In this document: piece after piece, positions 38,613 to 48,146 of the stretch
How the letters are laid out: each line of letters begins with the position of its first letter
Numbering within the stretch: position 1 is the first letter of the stretch
Origin: an uncultured bacterium
Lineage (GTDB): Bacteria > Fidelibacterota > Marinisomatia > Marinisomatales > UBA1611
Length of the DNA: 64,000 nucleotides
NCBI GenBank assembly: GCA_943788175.1
Contig: CALSPG010000001.1
Coordinates: forward strand, 320,001 to 384,000
Direction of reading: 5' to 3'
Program-made: the position numbers and the translations under genes
The notes under the pieces: model-generated
Seen by the model: the letters and a program-made list of their open reading frames with translations, nothing else
What the model was told of the DNA's origin: nothing
Databases searched by the model: none

Positions 38613-39431
38613 TTATTGATTAAAAACCAGGAGGTAAATATAAATCAAAGGCGATGAAAAAAGTAAGGAATCAAAGCGGTCCAGTATTCCTCCATGCCCT
38701 CTTAAGATATCTCCGGAATCTTTGACTCCAACATCGCGCTTAAGCAGCGACTCCCCAAAATCTCCTAGCTGGCCAAAAACACCAGAGATCAAACCAAAGA
38801 CAATAGCATCAATTAAAGAGTATGTAGGTCCTAAAAAATCAAGCTTATATGCAATCAGAAACGTTAATATAGAAAAGATAAAACCAGAAATCGACCCTAC
38901 CCAACTTTTTTTGGGACTTATTTTGGGAAGAATTTTTTTCTCACCAAATTTTGTTCCAAAAAAGAAAGCGGCTGTATCACATAGCCAGACAGACACAAAC
39001 AATAAAAGCGTAACATTGGAATCAAAAATATGATCTAATTGCCGCAGGTGGATCAATGTTCCAAGCAAGGTTGGTACAAAAATAATCCCCAAAACAGTGT
39101 TTGCAATGTTTTGCAAGGGTTCCTTTTTATTGTTTATTATTTCAATGATAAAAAGACTAATTACAGTCATGCATGCTAGGCCGAGTACTGTAATTTGATG
39201 ATGCGCATAAACGCCAGAGTAAGCTAGTCCGATAAAAACAGTTATAATAAACCCAAATATACGATTTGGATAGCTCCCTTTTATTTCACACATTTTGAAA
39301 AACTCATCAAGGCCTAGCAACATAATCAACGTAGTAACGATGGCAAAAATTGGGTTCCCTACATAAAAACAGCCAACACCCAAGGGGACACCCAAGATTA
39401 AAATTAGCTTTCTACCTTTAAGTTCTTTCAT
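38613..39431 (-). CDS. cdsA: Phosphatidate cytidylyltransferase
   Basis: W.CDT.AFF.G, ISPKKSW.G, GD..ES.LKRD.GVKDSG...GHGG.LDRFDS. Confidence 0.95.
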   Translation of the reverse strand: MKELKGRKLILILGVPLGVGCFYVGNPIFAIVTTLIMLLGLDEFFKMCEIKGSYPNRIFGFIITVFIGLAYSGVYAHHQITVLGLACMTVISLFIIEIINNKKEPLQNIANTVLGIIFVPTLLGTLIHLRQLDHIFDSNVTLLLFVSVWLCDTAAFFFGTKFGEKKILPKISPKKSWVGSISGFIFSILTFLIAYKLDFLGPTYSLIDAIVFGLISGVFGQLGDFGESLLKRDVGVKDSGDILRGHGGILDRFDSLLFSSPLIYIYLLVFNQ

Positions 39432-39451
39432 ATCCTAATTTACTATAATCC

Positions 39452-40360
39452 TCAGGTTAAAATTAGATTATAAGTTCTACACCTTCCTTTGATTAAACTT
39501 ACAGATACAGGCGACGTCCCAATAATCTCCCCATCAATATTTAATTCTCCTTTATCACCTGGATCGATAGAAAACGATTTACATTGAACATATTCGCATG
39601 CATCGTGATCTACATGCGAGCCGTCAAATAGTTTGGGAAATACTGAAAATAACGTGAGACTAGATGCCTTTTTCACAATGATTAGATCTATTAAGCCATC
39701 ATCAATCATTGCATGAGGCGCCATCTTCATATCCTTGCCAACATATTTAGTATTACATGCGATAATAAAAGCGAAATCACCTTCTCTTTCAACTCCATCA
39801 ATCGTTATTTTTGCAACTCTTCGCTTATTTTTAATAATTTCAAAAAATGAAGCAATGTTATAGCGCTGACCACCGAACATGCACGTAGCTTTTCCGCAAA
39901 CACGGAAATATCAGTTGCCATTCCCCAGCCAATGAGGTTTAGTGAAAAGAAATCTTTTTGACCACAGACTTGCTTTCATGACGTCAATTTTTCTAGAGCT
40001 GTTCTCTCGCAATTATTTTCACAGCAGACTCTTGTTTAGTCGCTCCAACAGTCTTCATAAAAGAATTACCCGTACCATTCGGCATTACTGATATAGGGAC
40101 TCTATCCTCTGCCGACCTTGACAACATTCCGTTCAAAACCTCAAACAATGTACCGTCCCCGCCCATGGCGCAAACGGAATCAAAATTAGTTAAATTTTCA
40201 TTTTTCACTATATCTACGGCGTGACCCATTATACTCAGTTTTAATTAAAGTACTTTCTACGCTCATATCTTTTAAAGCACTACATATTAACAGTACTTAT
40301 AGCATTATGAAAATTAATAGTCCCGCTTTTTGGATTAGCAATTAAAAGGACCTTGGTCAT
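39452..40360 (-). pseudogene. Diacylglycerol kinase family lipid kinase, multiply frameshifted (probably sequencing error)
   Basis: Starts [13 protein letters not shown] at 40360. GGDGT..E..NG, P.GTGN, DDG..D and NIDGE motifs lie in different frames, implying at least 5 small indels. Confidence 0.8.
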
Positions 40361-40882
40361 TTTGGGCGATCCCTATGATGCATATAAACACCGTCGCCCC
40401 ATTCAATAACATCAACTTGTACTTTTGTTTTGCCTTCCTTAATAAAACCTAATTTTTTAGCAGCTCCGTAAGAGCAGTCGAGCATTCTTCCTTGGATATA
40501 AGGGCCCCCTATCGTTAATTCTTAAAATCAAAGATTTGCCATTTGCTAAATTTGTAACCCTTGCAACCGTATTCAAGGGGATTGTTTTATGGGCAGCAGT
40601 TAAGCCGTACATATCGTAAATCTCCCCATTTGCAGTAAGCTTCCCATGAAAATCCTCCGCATAAAATGAACTGATACCAACCATCTTTTTTTTATGTTTG
40701 ACATTGGTATTTACTGTTTTGGGATCAATAAAAACTGCCTTGCTTTTAGATTTGTTCTTTTTGAGCGGTGCCCGATATTTTTTTTTAACCTTAGAAGTCG
40801 CCGTTCTTCCGTATCTGGGCGCGCTTGAGCAGGCTGCGAAGACTAAAAAAACCAGAACATAAATGAGCCTTCTATGAATCAT
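40357..40882 (-). CDS. rlpA: RlpA-family septal lytic transglycosylase lipoprotein (one +1 frameshift)
   Basis: Lipobox AAC, TANGE, AAHKT.P, RINDRGP. Removing one G from the G-run near 40505 restores [18 protein letters not shown]...RPK*, whose stop overlaps the DAGK ATG. Confidence 0.85.
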
Positions 40883-41327
40883 TTATTTGCCTCAATGCTT
40901 CGTATAATACTATACCTACGCTCGTTGCCAAATTTAGACTCCGTATATTTCTATTTTTCATTGGTATCGTACAAGCATTCTCAGGATACTTGTTTAGAAT
41001 TTTTTCTGAAATACCAGCAGTCTCACTGCCAAAAATAATAATGTCATTAGATGCATACTTTCTTTTTGTATAAATATTTTTTGATTTTGTCGTCATTAAA
41101 TGAAAATTATTTTTAAAAGTATTTTCACAATACTGATTTAAATCTGGAAAACATTCCCAATTTATGTAATTCCAATAGTCTAACCCTGCTCTTTTTAAAT
41201 ATTTATCACTCATATCAAACCCAAGTTTTCCGACTAAATCTAATTTTACATCGTTTGCGCCACACAAGCGCGCAATGTTTCCGGTATTCGGCGGTATCTG
41301 GGGCTCAAATAATGAAATTGTTAACAT
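40872..41327 (-). CDS. trmL: tRNA (cytidine34-2'-O)-methyltransferase
   Basis: [32 protein letters not shown]. Confidence 0.95.
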   Translation of the reverse strand: MLTISLFEPQIPPNTGNIARLCGANDVKLDLVGKLGFDMSDKYLKRAGLDYWNYINWECFPDLNQYCENTFKNNFHLMTTKSKNIYTKRKYASNDIIIFGSETAGISEKILNKYPENACTIPMKNRNIRSLNLATSVGIVLYEALRQINDS

Positions 41328-41329
41328 GT

Positions 41330-42404
41330 TTATTTCACTCGACTAAGCGCATAATTAATCTTCGGTATGCAATAGGGGTCCATAATTAAAGCTGTGGCTA
41401 GACCGTATAGTGATGCTCCTGCATCTCTCACTGCATTCAAATGATGTATTGTCGATATACCACCTGTTGCCATAATCTTTAAATTCATATCGTTAAATAA
41501 ATTGACCAGCTCCAAAGTTCTCGGGAAAATTGCAACACCGCTTAATCCCCCGCCACCGCGAGGAAGGCTACCATTTTTAAAGCCTAAATATTTGATTGTT
41601 TTAAATTGCGTATTGCCGGCATTTATTATCATTCTTTCTTTCGACTTAATGACCTCCCCGATTTTTTTGAGGTGATCATTGTTCCAATCAGGAGATATTT
41701 TTACCGAAACCACAGAATCATTTTTCGCTCTAATATGATTAATCAAAGTTTCTAATTCGTCAATATTCTCACCAATAGTGCTGCCAGTATCTGTATTTGG
41801 ACAACTAATGTTCAATTCAAAAAAATATTCACTAGATTTTAATTTATTCGATAATTTTTCCAACACATTAAATGTTTGTATATAATCATCAAGGTTCTCA
41901 CCACCAATTGAGAGACCAATCGGCTTACTATGGTTCCACAAAGAATTGTCAAAAATTTCCTTAGAAAATTTTTCAACACCTTCCCCAGGAAGACCTAAAG
42001 CATTAACTAAACAAGCTTGTCTTTCAAGCCTAACTTGCTGTAATCGCGGTCTCGAATTTCCTAGTCTCTCTTCTTTCATAATAGTTTTTAGTATTGCGCC
42101 ACCTAATCCAAGCCTTAGCCAAATACCAATCAAATTTTTATCAGATTTAAATGAAGAGGCTATAATAGGCGACTTAAATTTCAGATCAAATACTTCAACA
42201 TCTAAATTGTCTGGTATTGCAAATTGATAAGCTAGACCACCAATAAACTTATCGATTTTAACAAGGTTCCTATCTCCAAACTCAACTATAGATTCAAGAT
42301 CTTGTTTCTTATTAAAGAGTAAATTGATAAAGAGAAGTAATTATTCTTGCTAAAAATCGAGTAGATCTATAAAAAAAAGAAAAAAGGTGTTTTCTTATTA
42401 GCAC
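41330..42404 (-). CDS. pyrD: Dihydroorotate dehydrogenase-like flavoprotein (N-terminal frameshift)
   Basis: LKT, NALGLP, ELNISCPN, VKISPD, GNT, GGLSG, TGGI. The frame extends upstream through LDVEVFDLKFKSPIIAS; the probable GTG start at 42404 is in another frame (shift near 42310-42340). Confidence 0.75.
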
Positions 42405-42410
42405 AACTAA

Positions 42411-44147
42411 TTAATTAACTATGCCTGTACTATCATTATTCGAGCTAGATATCATATTTTCAATAATTTTCGCTCTATACTTTGCAAAGTTATTTTGCTC
42501 TGAGGAGGGGTGCCGTTTACCAAGCCAGTTATAATATTTAAATGCGCTGTCGAGTTCTGCATATTTATAATCATATTGATAACCTAAAAAATAGGCAGCT
42601 GAAGCAGATAGTTCGCTTAAAGAATCTGCAAAAATAACCTCTTTGAAGACACCTAGCGATGAAACTGGGTTCCTAGACCATAATTTTTCTGCTTTAAAAA
42701 ATAATTTTTCTATTGGTCGAGAAAGAGAGTTTTTATTCGCTTTTTTAAATAAGTATGAAGTATAGTCAGAACTAGCATGGTTAGTCTGTAACAAGGTCTT
42801 GTATTTATCAACCATCAATGAATCTTCATTGTTTTCATAAATCATAGCTAACGTAAAAATTGATTTTGGAACAAAAGGAGAAGAAGAATTCAATTCAATA
42901 ATTTTTTCAAAATACACAATCCCTGAATCAATTCTATCAAAACTGAAAGCTTCAATATCGCCTAATAAATAAAGCAACTCTTCAATTGATTTTGAGGGGT
43001 TAGGTTTTTCATGGCTGATTGAATCTGCTACTAACGAATCATTAATGGATGAATCTGGTACAGCTTGGTATTTATTTAGCTGACTTATTGCATCTGTATA
43101 CTTTTCAATCGCATTAATCTTGGTGTCGCAAAATGGTCCAAACTCTGTTCTTCCAAATTCTTTTTTTACCATAGAGAACTTCTCTTTAGCTATTATAGGA
43201 TTCCATTTTTCAGCCAAGTAAATCTGGCCCGTTATATAATATGCTTCTGCAGAAGTCTGCGTTCTTGGATAATCATTAATGATTGATTCTAAACGAACAA
43301 TCGCATTGTCTGTGTCTTCTTGACTAAGGTATAATTTGACAAGTTCTAACTCAAGGTCACCCTTAATATTTTTAAATTTATCATCAACCAGCATGGATTT
43401 GATTTTTCTTTCTACCAATCTATGATCACCTAAAAGTCTAGATATTTTTAAAATTTGTATATGTGCATTTTCAATTTTTTCTTTTGTTAATGAATTTTTA
43501 ATTACTTCTTTATAAGCACTCTCTGCAACATCATATTTTTCATTATTAAAGGCAATATCCGCAAGTTGATTGTAAACAATCCCTTTTTTTGCTCTGTCTT
43601 TGATAACCTTGGCACCTTCTTCTAAATGGAATAAAAAATTACTATTTTGATCCTCAGTTAGATAAATATCCGCTAAGGATAGATGGCTTTGGGCAATGAT
43701 CTTATTTTTATTGGAGGATTTGATAATATTTTGAAGTTCTTCAATCGCTGTTTGCGTTTTTCCTTTTTTCCATTTACAAACGGCAGACCAGTATTTAGCT
43801 TCAGCTACTTGTTCTACGTTACCCTGGTTATAGATTATCTTAAGATTTGAAATTGCATTATCATATTCAGATCTGTAAAACTGAGCTTTAGCCATTAAAA
43901 GAATGGCGTCATTTACATATTTTGATTCAGGGAAATCTGACAGAACAATCTTACACTTCTGAATTGTTTTCCCATAATTATCCATTGCTCTAAGCGGAAC
44001 GGCTTTATCTGATTTCTCGAGGCGAATACGATCGGCTTCATTGAAATATTTTTCTGCATTATAGAAAGTATTGAAATAAGCGCAAGAGGATAGCAATAAA
44101 CTAACCGCTATAGGAATTAAGCGAGGTATTGTCCAAATTCTGTGCAT
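42411..44147 (-). CDS. TPR-repeat lipoprotein (SprE/PorW-like N-terminus)
   Basis: Lipobox LSSC-AYFNTFYNA; multiple TPR-like helices. Confidence 0.75.
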   Translation of the reverse strand: MHRIWTIPRLIPIAVSLLLSSCAYFNTFYNAEKYFNEADRIRLEKSDKAVPLRAMDNYGKTIQKCKIVLSDFPESKYVNDAILLMAKAQFYRSEYDNAISNLKIIYNQGNVEQVAEAKYWSAVCKWKKGKTQTAIEELQNIIKSSNKNKIIAQSHLSLADIYLTEDQNSNFLFHLEEGAKVIKDRAKKGIVYNQLADIAFNNEKYDVAESAYKEVIKNSLTKEKIENAHIQILKISRLLGDHRLVERKIKSMLVDDKFKNIKGDLELELVKLYLSQEDTDNAIVRLESIINDYPRTQTSAEAYYITGQIYLAEKWNPIIAKEKFSMVKKEFGRTEFGPFCDTKINAIEKYTDAISQLNKYQAVPDSSINDSLVADSISHEKPNPSKSIEELLYLLGDIEAFSFDRIDSGIVYFEKIIELNSSSPFVPKSIFTLAMIYENNEDSLMVDKYKTLLQTNHASSDYTSYLFKKANKNSLSRPIEKLFFKAEKLWSRNPVSSLGVFKEVIFADSLSELSASAAYFLGYQYDYKYAELDSAFKYYNWLGKRHPSSEQNNFAKYRAKIIENMISSSNNDSTGIVN

Positions 44148-44206
44148 AAATTGAAATTAAATTTACTTATATGATTAAAGTTAATGTTGAAAATATTTTA
44201 CTCTAA

Positions 44207-44632
44207 ATGTTAAAGTTAAAAAGTTACCTATTTGTATGTTTTATTATCTGCTCTAATCTATTTAGCCAAAAAAGTCGCGACATGGAAAAATTTGGCTTTA
44301 TTGATTTGCGAACAGATAGCATGAGTGTACCATTTTATATTGATGGGATTTTTGTAGGCAAGAATCCTCTCAAAAACCCAATTCCTGTACTCCCGGGTTT
44401 TCACCTAGTTAGTTACCTGCCACCAGAATTGACAAAAAAATACATCGAAGAAGACCTTTCTGATGCTTACAAAAGAGTCTATGTTTCACCAAATGATACA
44501 TTAGAAGTATTTTTATTCTATGATCATTACGTTAGAGAAACCAAAACCTTAGATGCTCAATTCATGGTAAAGAGACTAACGGCGGTTAGTTTGATTTTAA
44601 TGGCAGTTTTTTTGATTTTTCAAATAAGCTAA
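44207..44632 (+). CDS. PEGA-like domain membrane-anchored protein
   Basis: Signal peptide; YIDG.FVGKNP....V.PG.H; C-terminal TM. Confidence 0.6.
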   Translation: MLKLKSYLFVCFIICSNLFSQKSRDMEKFGFIDLRTDSMSVPFYIDGIFVGKNPLKNPIPVLPGFHLVSYLPPELTKKYIEEDLSDAYKRVYVSPNDTLEVFLFYDHYVRETKTLDAQFMVKRLTAVSLILMAVFLIFQIS

Positions 44633-44676
44633 ATTTTTTATTCTAAGCATTAATTTATCATTGTAATTTTAACTAT

Positions 44677-44889
44677 ATGAAACATCACACTTTTGAAGAT
44701 GGCCTGAAATATAGGCATGATTACAAATGGCCAGAGCCAGGAGCAAAAAAAGATTGTCCCAAATGTAATAATTCTCTCGAGCTTGTAGAAAACAGTCCCT
44801 CGTACTACGGCAAGCCGTGGTGGTGCTATAAGTGCAAATGGCAGTTTTCAGAAGAAGATTTCCAAGAAATGAAATCAGAAGAAGAGTAA
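44677..44889 (+). CDS. Small Zn-ribbon protein
   Basis: CPKC...CYKC in 70 aa. Confidence 0.65.
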   Translation: MKHHTFEDGLKYRHDYKWPEPGAKKDCPKCNNSLELVENSPSYYGKPWWCYKCKWQFSEEDFQEMKSEEE

Positions 44890-44894
44890 AACGA

Positions 44895-45280
44895 CTACGC
44901 GAAGCTCACTGCTGGTAAATCAGCGCTAATCGAATCAATAACCCACCTAGCTACAACAGCATCATCTAGATATCCTATTTCTGGTACGATATCTGGGATG
45001 TCATCATCGGATTCACAAAAGTAAGAAATAGCAAAAATAATTCTTTTTTTTATCGATTCTGTTAAATCTGGGTATGTTTGATAAATACTCAAAAGGACTG
45101 AAACATTTTTAATAAGATCTGTTTCGACAATATTTAAATTTTTAGAAGATACAAGGTCATCAAGTTTTAATTAAGTGACTGTATTACTTCGGAAGATTTA
45201 TTTAAATCAATTTTATCAATCAATGTAAGATAATGCGCTTTATCTTCTTCGGTTAATTGAAATATTTTAGATATATTCAT
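44895..45280 (-). CDS. YkvA/DUF1232 family protein (one frameshift)
   Basis: YF...DDDIPD..PEIGYLDD. The ATG at 45280 (MNISKIFQLTEED...) joins this frame if one base is missing near 45170. Confidence 0.75.
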
Positions 45281-45315
45281 TATCTAAATTTTAACAAATA
45301 AAATAAAATATACTA

Positions 45316-45587
45316 ATGGATATTGGCGATAAAATCAAACGACTTTAGAATCTTCTTTAAACATTGATCATTTTGAAATAAAGGACTTTACTGGTAGACA
45401 TCTAAATCATGAACAACATGATGGTGGCTTTCACCTAGAAGCTGTAATCGTTTCCAGCGATTTCAATAATAAATCTTTAATAGATAGACATAAAATGGTA
45501 TATGCCTCACTTGGAGAACTCATGAAACATGAAATTCATGCTTTCAGCATGAAAACGTTTACCAATGATGAATGGGAAAAAAACTAA
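45316..45587 (+). CDS. bolA: BolA family protein (one frameshift; not in ORF track)
   Basis: Manual translation: MDIGDKIK/TLESSLNIDHFEIKDFTGRHLNH...FHLEAVIVSSDFNNKSLIDRHKMVYASLGELMKHEIHAFSMKTFT..EW. The span is 272 nt, one base short near 45340. Confidence 0.85.
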
Positions 45588-45591
45588 GACC

Positions 45592-46017
45592 ATGGGTATT
45601 TTTAGCTCTAGCAGGAAAGAAGAAATAAATCAGCCTGAGGAAATGTCACCTCTCGAATCGGTGACTCATCTTTTTGCTGCAATACAAATTGCTGATCAAC
45701 AAGCTAGTTATGAAGAAAAAGAGTCTTGGATAAATGCTATATCAAAATTATTCCCAGAAAATTCTTCTGAAAGGTCAGAGAAATATTATTCTCAAGCACA
45801 CAAAGTTCTATCGTTGCAAAACAATGAACAAAGGCTAGCATATATTCTATCTACCCTAGAAAGGATTAAAGCACTCTTATCTAAGGATCAAATAGATTCA
45901 ATTGGGCCCATGATTGCAGATATTGTAGAAGCCGATGGTATCGTAATGACTTCTGAAATGGATATTGTTTCTCTCGCTGAGAAAGCACTTGATATAAAGA
46001 TTGAAATCGAAGAGTAA
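45592..46017 (+). CDS. TerB-like helical protein
   Basis: AIQIADQQAS.EE and IVEADG.V..SE paired motifs; likely start MGIF at 45592. Confidence 0.65.
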   Translation: MGIFSSSRKEEINQPEEMSPLESVTHLFAAIQIADQQASYEEKESWINAISKLFPENSSERSEKYYSQAHKVLSLQNNEQRLAYILSTLERIKALLSKDQIDSIGPMIADIVEADGIVMTSEMDIVSLAEKALDIKIEIEE

Positions 46018-46025
46018 CGACTTAT

Positions 46026-46508
46026 TCAACTTCCATAATCAATTACTTTTTGCTTTGCAAGAGCGATTATATTCTCTCTAGTTTTTTTTATCAAATCTTT
46101 TTTGCTTTTATAGTGCCTATCAATCTCATCTTTACTGACTTTTTTCCTCTTTGGCAATTTTTGCAAATCTTTTATAAGTAAACGAACTATTTGATTATGC
46201 TTTTTGTTTTTTATTTCCGGAATTAATTTTTTGGCAAGATTGTATTTACCAGTATAAATGTAAGACCAAACTAAGGGCTTATAATGAACTGTTTTTTTTC
46301 TTGTAAGCTCGCTGCATCTATTAAAAAACTTTATCGCTATTTTCCATTGATTAGTATTGAAAAAAAACAGGCCTGTATTATAATTTTGTTTGAAGTTTCC
46401 CTCTTCAAAAACTGACTGAGGGTCTCCCTCAAAAATGTATTTTTGTCCAAAAATTGGATTTGAAAAAAGTAATATTACAGCACAAAGAGCTATCTGTTTA
46501 TATTTCAT
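46026..46508 (-). CDS. Secreted TPR-like hypothetical protein
   Basis: Signal peptide; YNTG..FF....W..AI..F helical repeat. Confidence 0.55.
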   Translation of the reverse strand: MKYKQIALCAVILLFSNPIFGQKYIFEGDPQSVFEEGNFKQNYNTGLFFFNTNQWKIAIKFFNRCSELTRKKTVHYKPLVWSYIYTGKYNLAKKLIPEIKNKKHNQIVRLLIKDLQKLPKRKKVSKDEIDRHYKSKKDLIKKTRENIIALAKQKVIDYGS

Positions 46509-46509
46509 T

Positions 46510-47478
46510 CTAAATAGCGTTATGACCAACATATGAATTTACAATCTTTTTAAAAACGCCAAGACATTGTCTAATATTATTGCGTTCAGTACTAGAACGA
46601 TCTATAATATTAATTTTCGAAATCCAAGTTTGACTGTTTTTGTCGAAAAAAATTGGTGGTGTCTTTCTTTTCCCAAATAATAGTTCCAGGTGCCTGTTTA
46701 ATTGATTTACTCTACTACCAATAGCCATTTTCTCGTTTTCTAAACCGAAAAACCTGATTTCTTTTTTTCTTGAGAAGAGGAACAAGGTTATCAAAAGGGT
46801 GTTAGGTGTTTCCTCATTCTCTTTATCCGCGAAACCATAATCCCTAGCTTCCTGAACTGACTTTCTAACTCCTCCTAGGATTACTCTCATTCGAGGGATA
46901 GATGATTTTTCAGATGGCAAAATTTCTATACTAATATCTCCCCAATCATGATTCATACTCGTTGACATTTCCTTAAGCCAAAGTTTTGCATATTGTTTTT
47001 CATCAAAAGGTACTAACTCAGAAAAGTCATTTAGAGATTCTACTGATAAAAAATTTATTAATTCTATATCACTAGACAAATGGTTAGTCCATTTTCTAAC
47101 TTTATTTAGAAATAATATTTGCCTATCAAAAGCGGAGAAAGCCCAAACAAAAACAGATTGTACCATAATCAATACTGTGATAATAACTAAATTAAAAACT
47201 CCATTAATTAAGCCAAAAAATGTTGTTACTAAAATAAATAATATTTGAAATATTATAATCGCAAAATGGAGTCGAAAATCAATGTATTGAGATTTAATAC
47301 CATCATTGATAAATCGATGAAAATAAGAAAAATCATTTAAAACCATCATACCTTCTTTATTAATTTTCTCAAGGCACTCTTCAAGCTTTATAAATAAATC
47401 ATTGTCGTTATATTTACTGCTAGATTCAATTAATATAAGCCGCTTTATTATATCATAATTCATAACATCATTGACCAA
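46510..47478 (-). CDS. Hypothetical membrane protein
   Basis: 322 aa with two central TM helices. Confidence 0.6.
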   Translation of the reverse strand: MVNDVMNYDIIKRLILIESSSKYNDNDLFIKLEECLEKINKEGMMVLNDFSYFHRFINDGIKSQYIDFRLHFAIIIFQILFILVTTFFGLINGVFNLVIITVLIMVQSVFVWAFSAFDRQILFLNKVRKWTNHLSSDIELINFLSVESLNDFSELVPFDEKQYAKLWLKEMSTSMNHDWGDISIEILPSEKSSIPRMRVILGGVRKSVQEARDYGFADKENEETPNTLLITLFLFSRKKEIRFFGLENEKMAIGSRVNQLNRHLELLFGKRKTPPIFFDKNSQTWISKINIIDRSSTERNNIRQCLGVFKKIVNSYVGHNAI

Positions 47479-47986
47479 ACCGTGGTTGCTTTAAATAAAA
47501 TTTATAACGGCTTAATGATCGCAGCGTGTCTAATGATTTTCTATGAGAACTCAATGCATAGAGTAAAGAATCAAGTTCATGTTTGATAATTAGCTTTTCT
47601 AGTTCAATATTTAAGTTAGGTTCTCTTGTGTTAGTGGAATCTAATCTCAGACCTTTCTCTTGATTTACTTTTTTTAACATTTCACTGTAACCAAACTCAA
47701 ATTTTATATCTTCAAGTCTTTGAATTAAAACAGAATCCATACTTTCATATTTTTTTTCGATTAAAATTAAAGAGTCCAAAGACCATTCTTTATAGGCTAT
47801 TAATTCTAATGTCGAGATGATGGATTTTTTAATTTTATTAGATTTTTTGTTTTTTATTAATACTTCATCATATTTATTGACAACTTTTTTGGGTGGTAGA
47901 TATTCTCTTTCAGGTCCAAAAATAAAAAGCATAACGACACCAATAGCTATCAGTAGCGCTAGAAATTGAGATAAGTTAAGTTTCAT
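47468..47986 (-). CDS. Hypothetical membrane-anchored helical protein
   Basis: N-terminal TM; overlaps the next gene. Confidence 0.55.
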   Translation of the reverse strand: MKLNLSQFLALLIAIGVVMLFIFGPEREYLPPKKVVNKYDEVLIKNKKSNKIKKSIISTLELIAYKEWSLDSLILIEKKYESMDSVLIQRLEDIKFEFGYSEMLKKVNQEKGLRLDSTNTREPNLNIELEKLIIKHELDSLLYALSSHRKSLDTLRSLSRYKFYLKQPRFGQ

Positions 47987-48019
47987 TTATTTATTAATTG
48001 TTAAGTTTTGTATTCAAGT

Positions 48020-48142
48020 ATGAGCCAAAAACTTATTATAATATTAGTTATTTTATCATCTATTGCATTGTGGTGGTTTAACATCTTCCCAGTCTTATTA
48101 CTGATACTACCAATAATGTATATAAAAAGCCTCAAAGACTAA
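48020..48142 (+). CDS. 40-aa hydrophobic small protein (not in ORF track)
   Basis: MSQKLIIILVILSSIALWWFNIFPVLLLILPIMYIKSLKD* occupies most of the intergenic gap. Confidence 0.45.
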   Translation: MSQKLIIILVILSSIALWWFNIFPVLLLILPIMYIKSLKD

Positions 48143-48146
48143 AATA

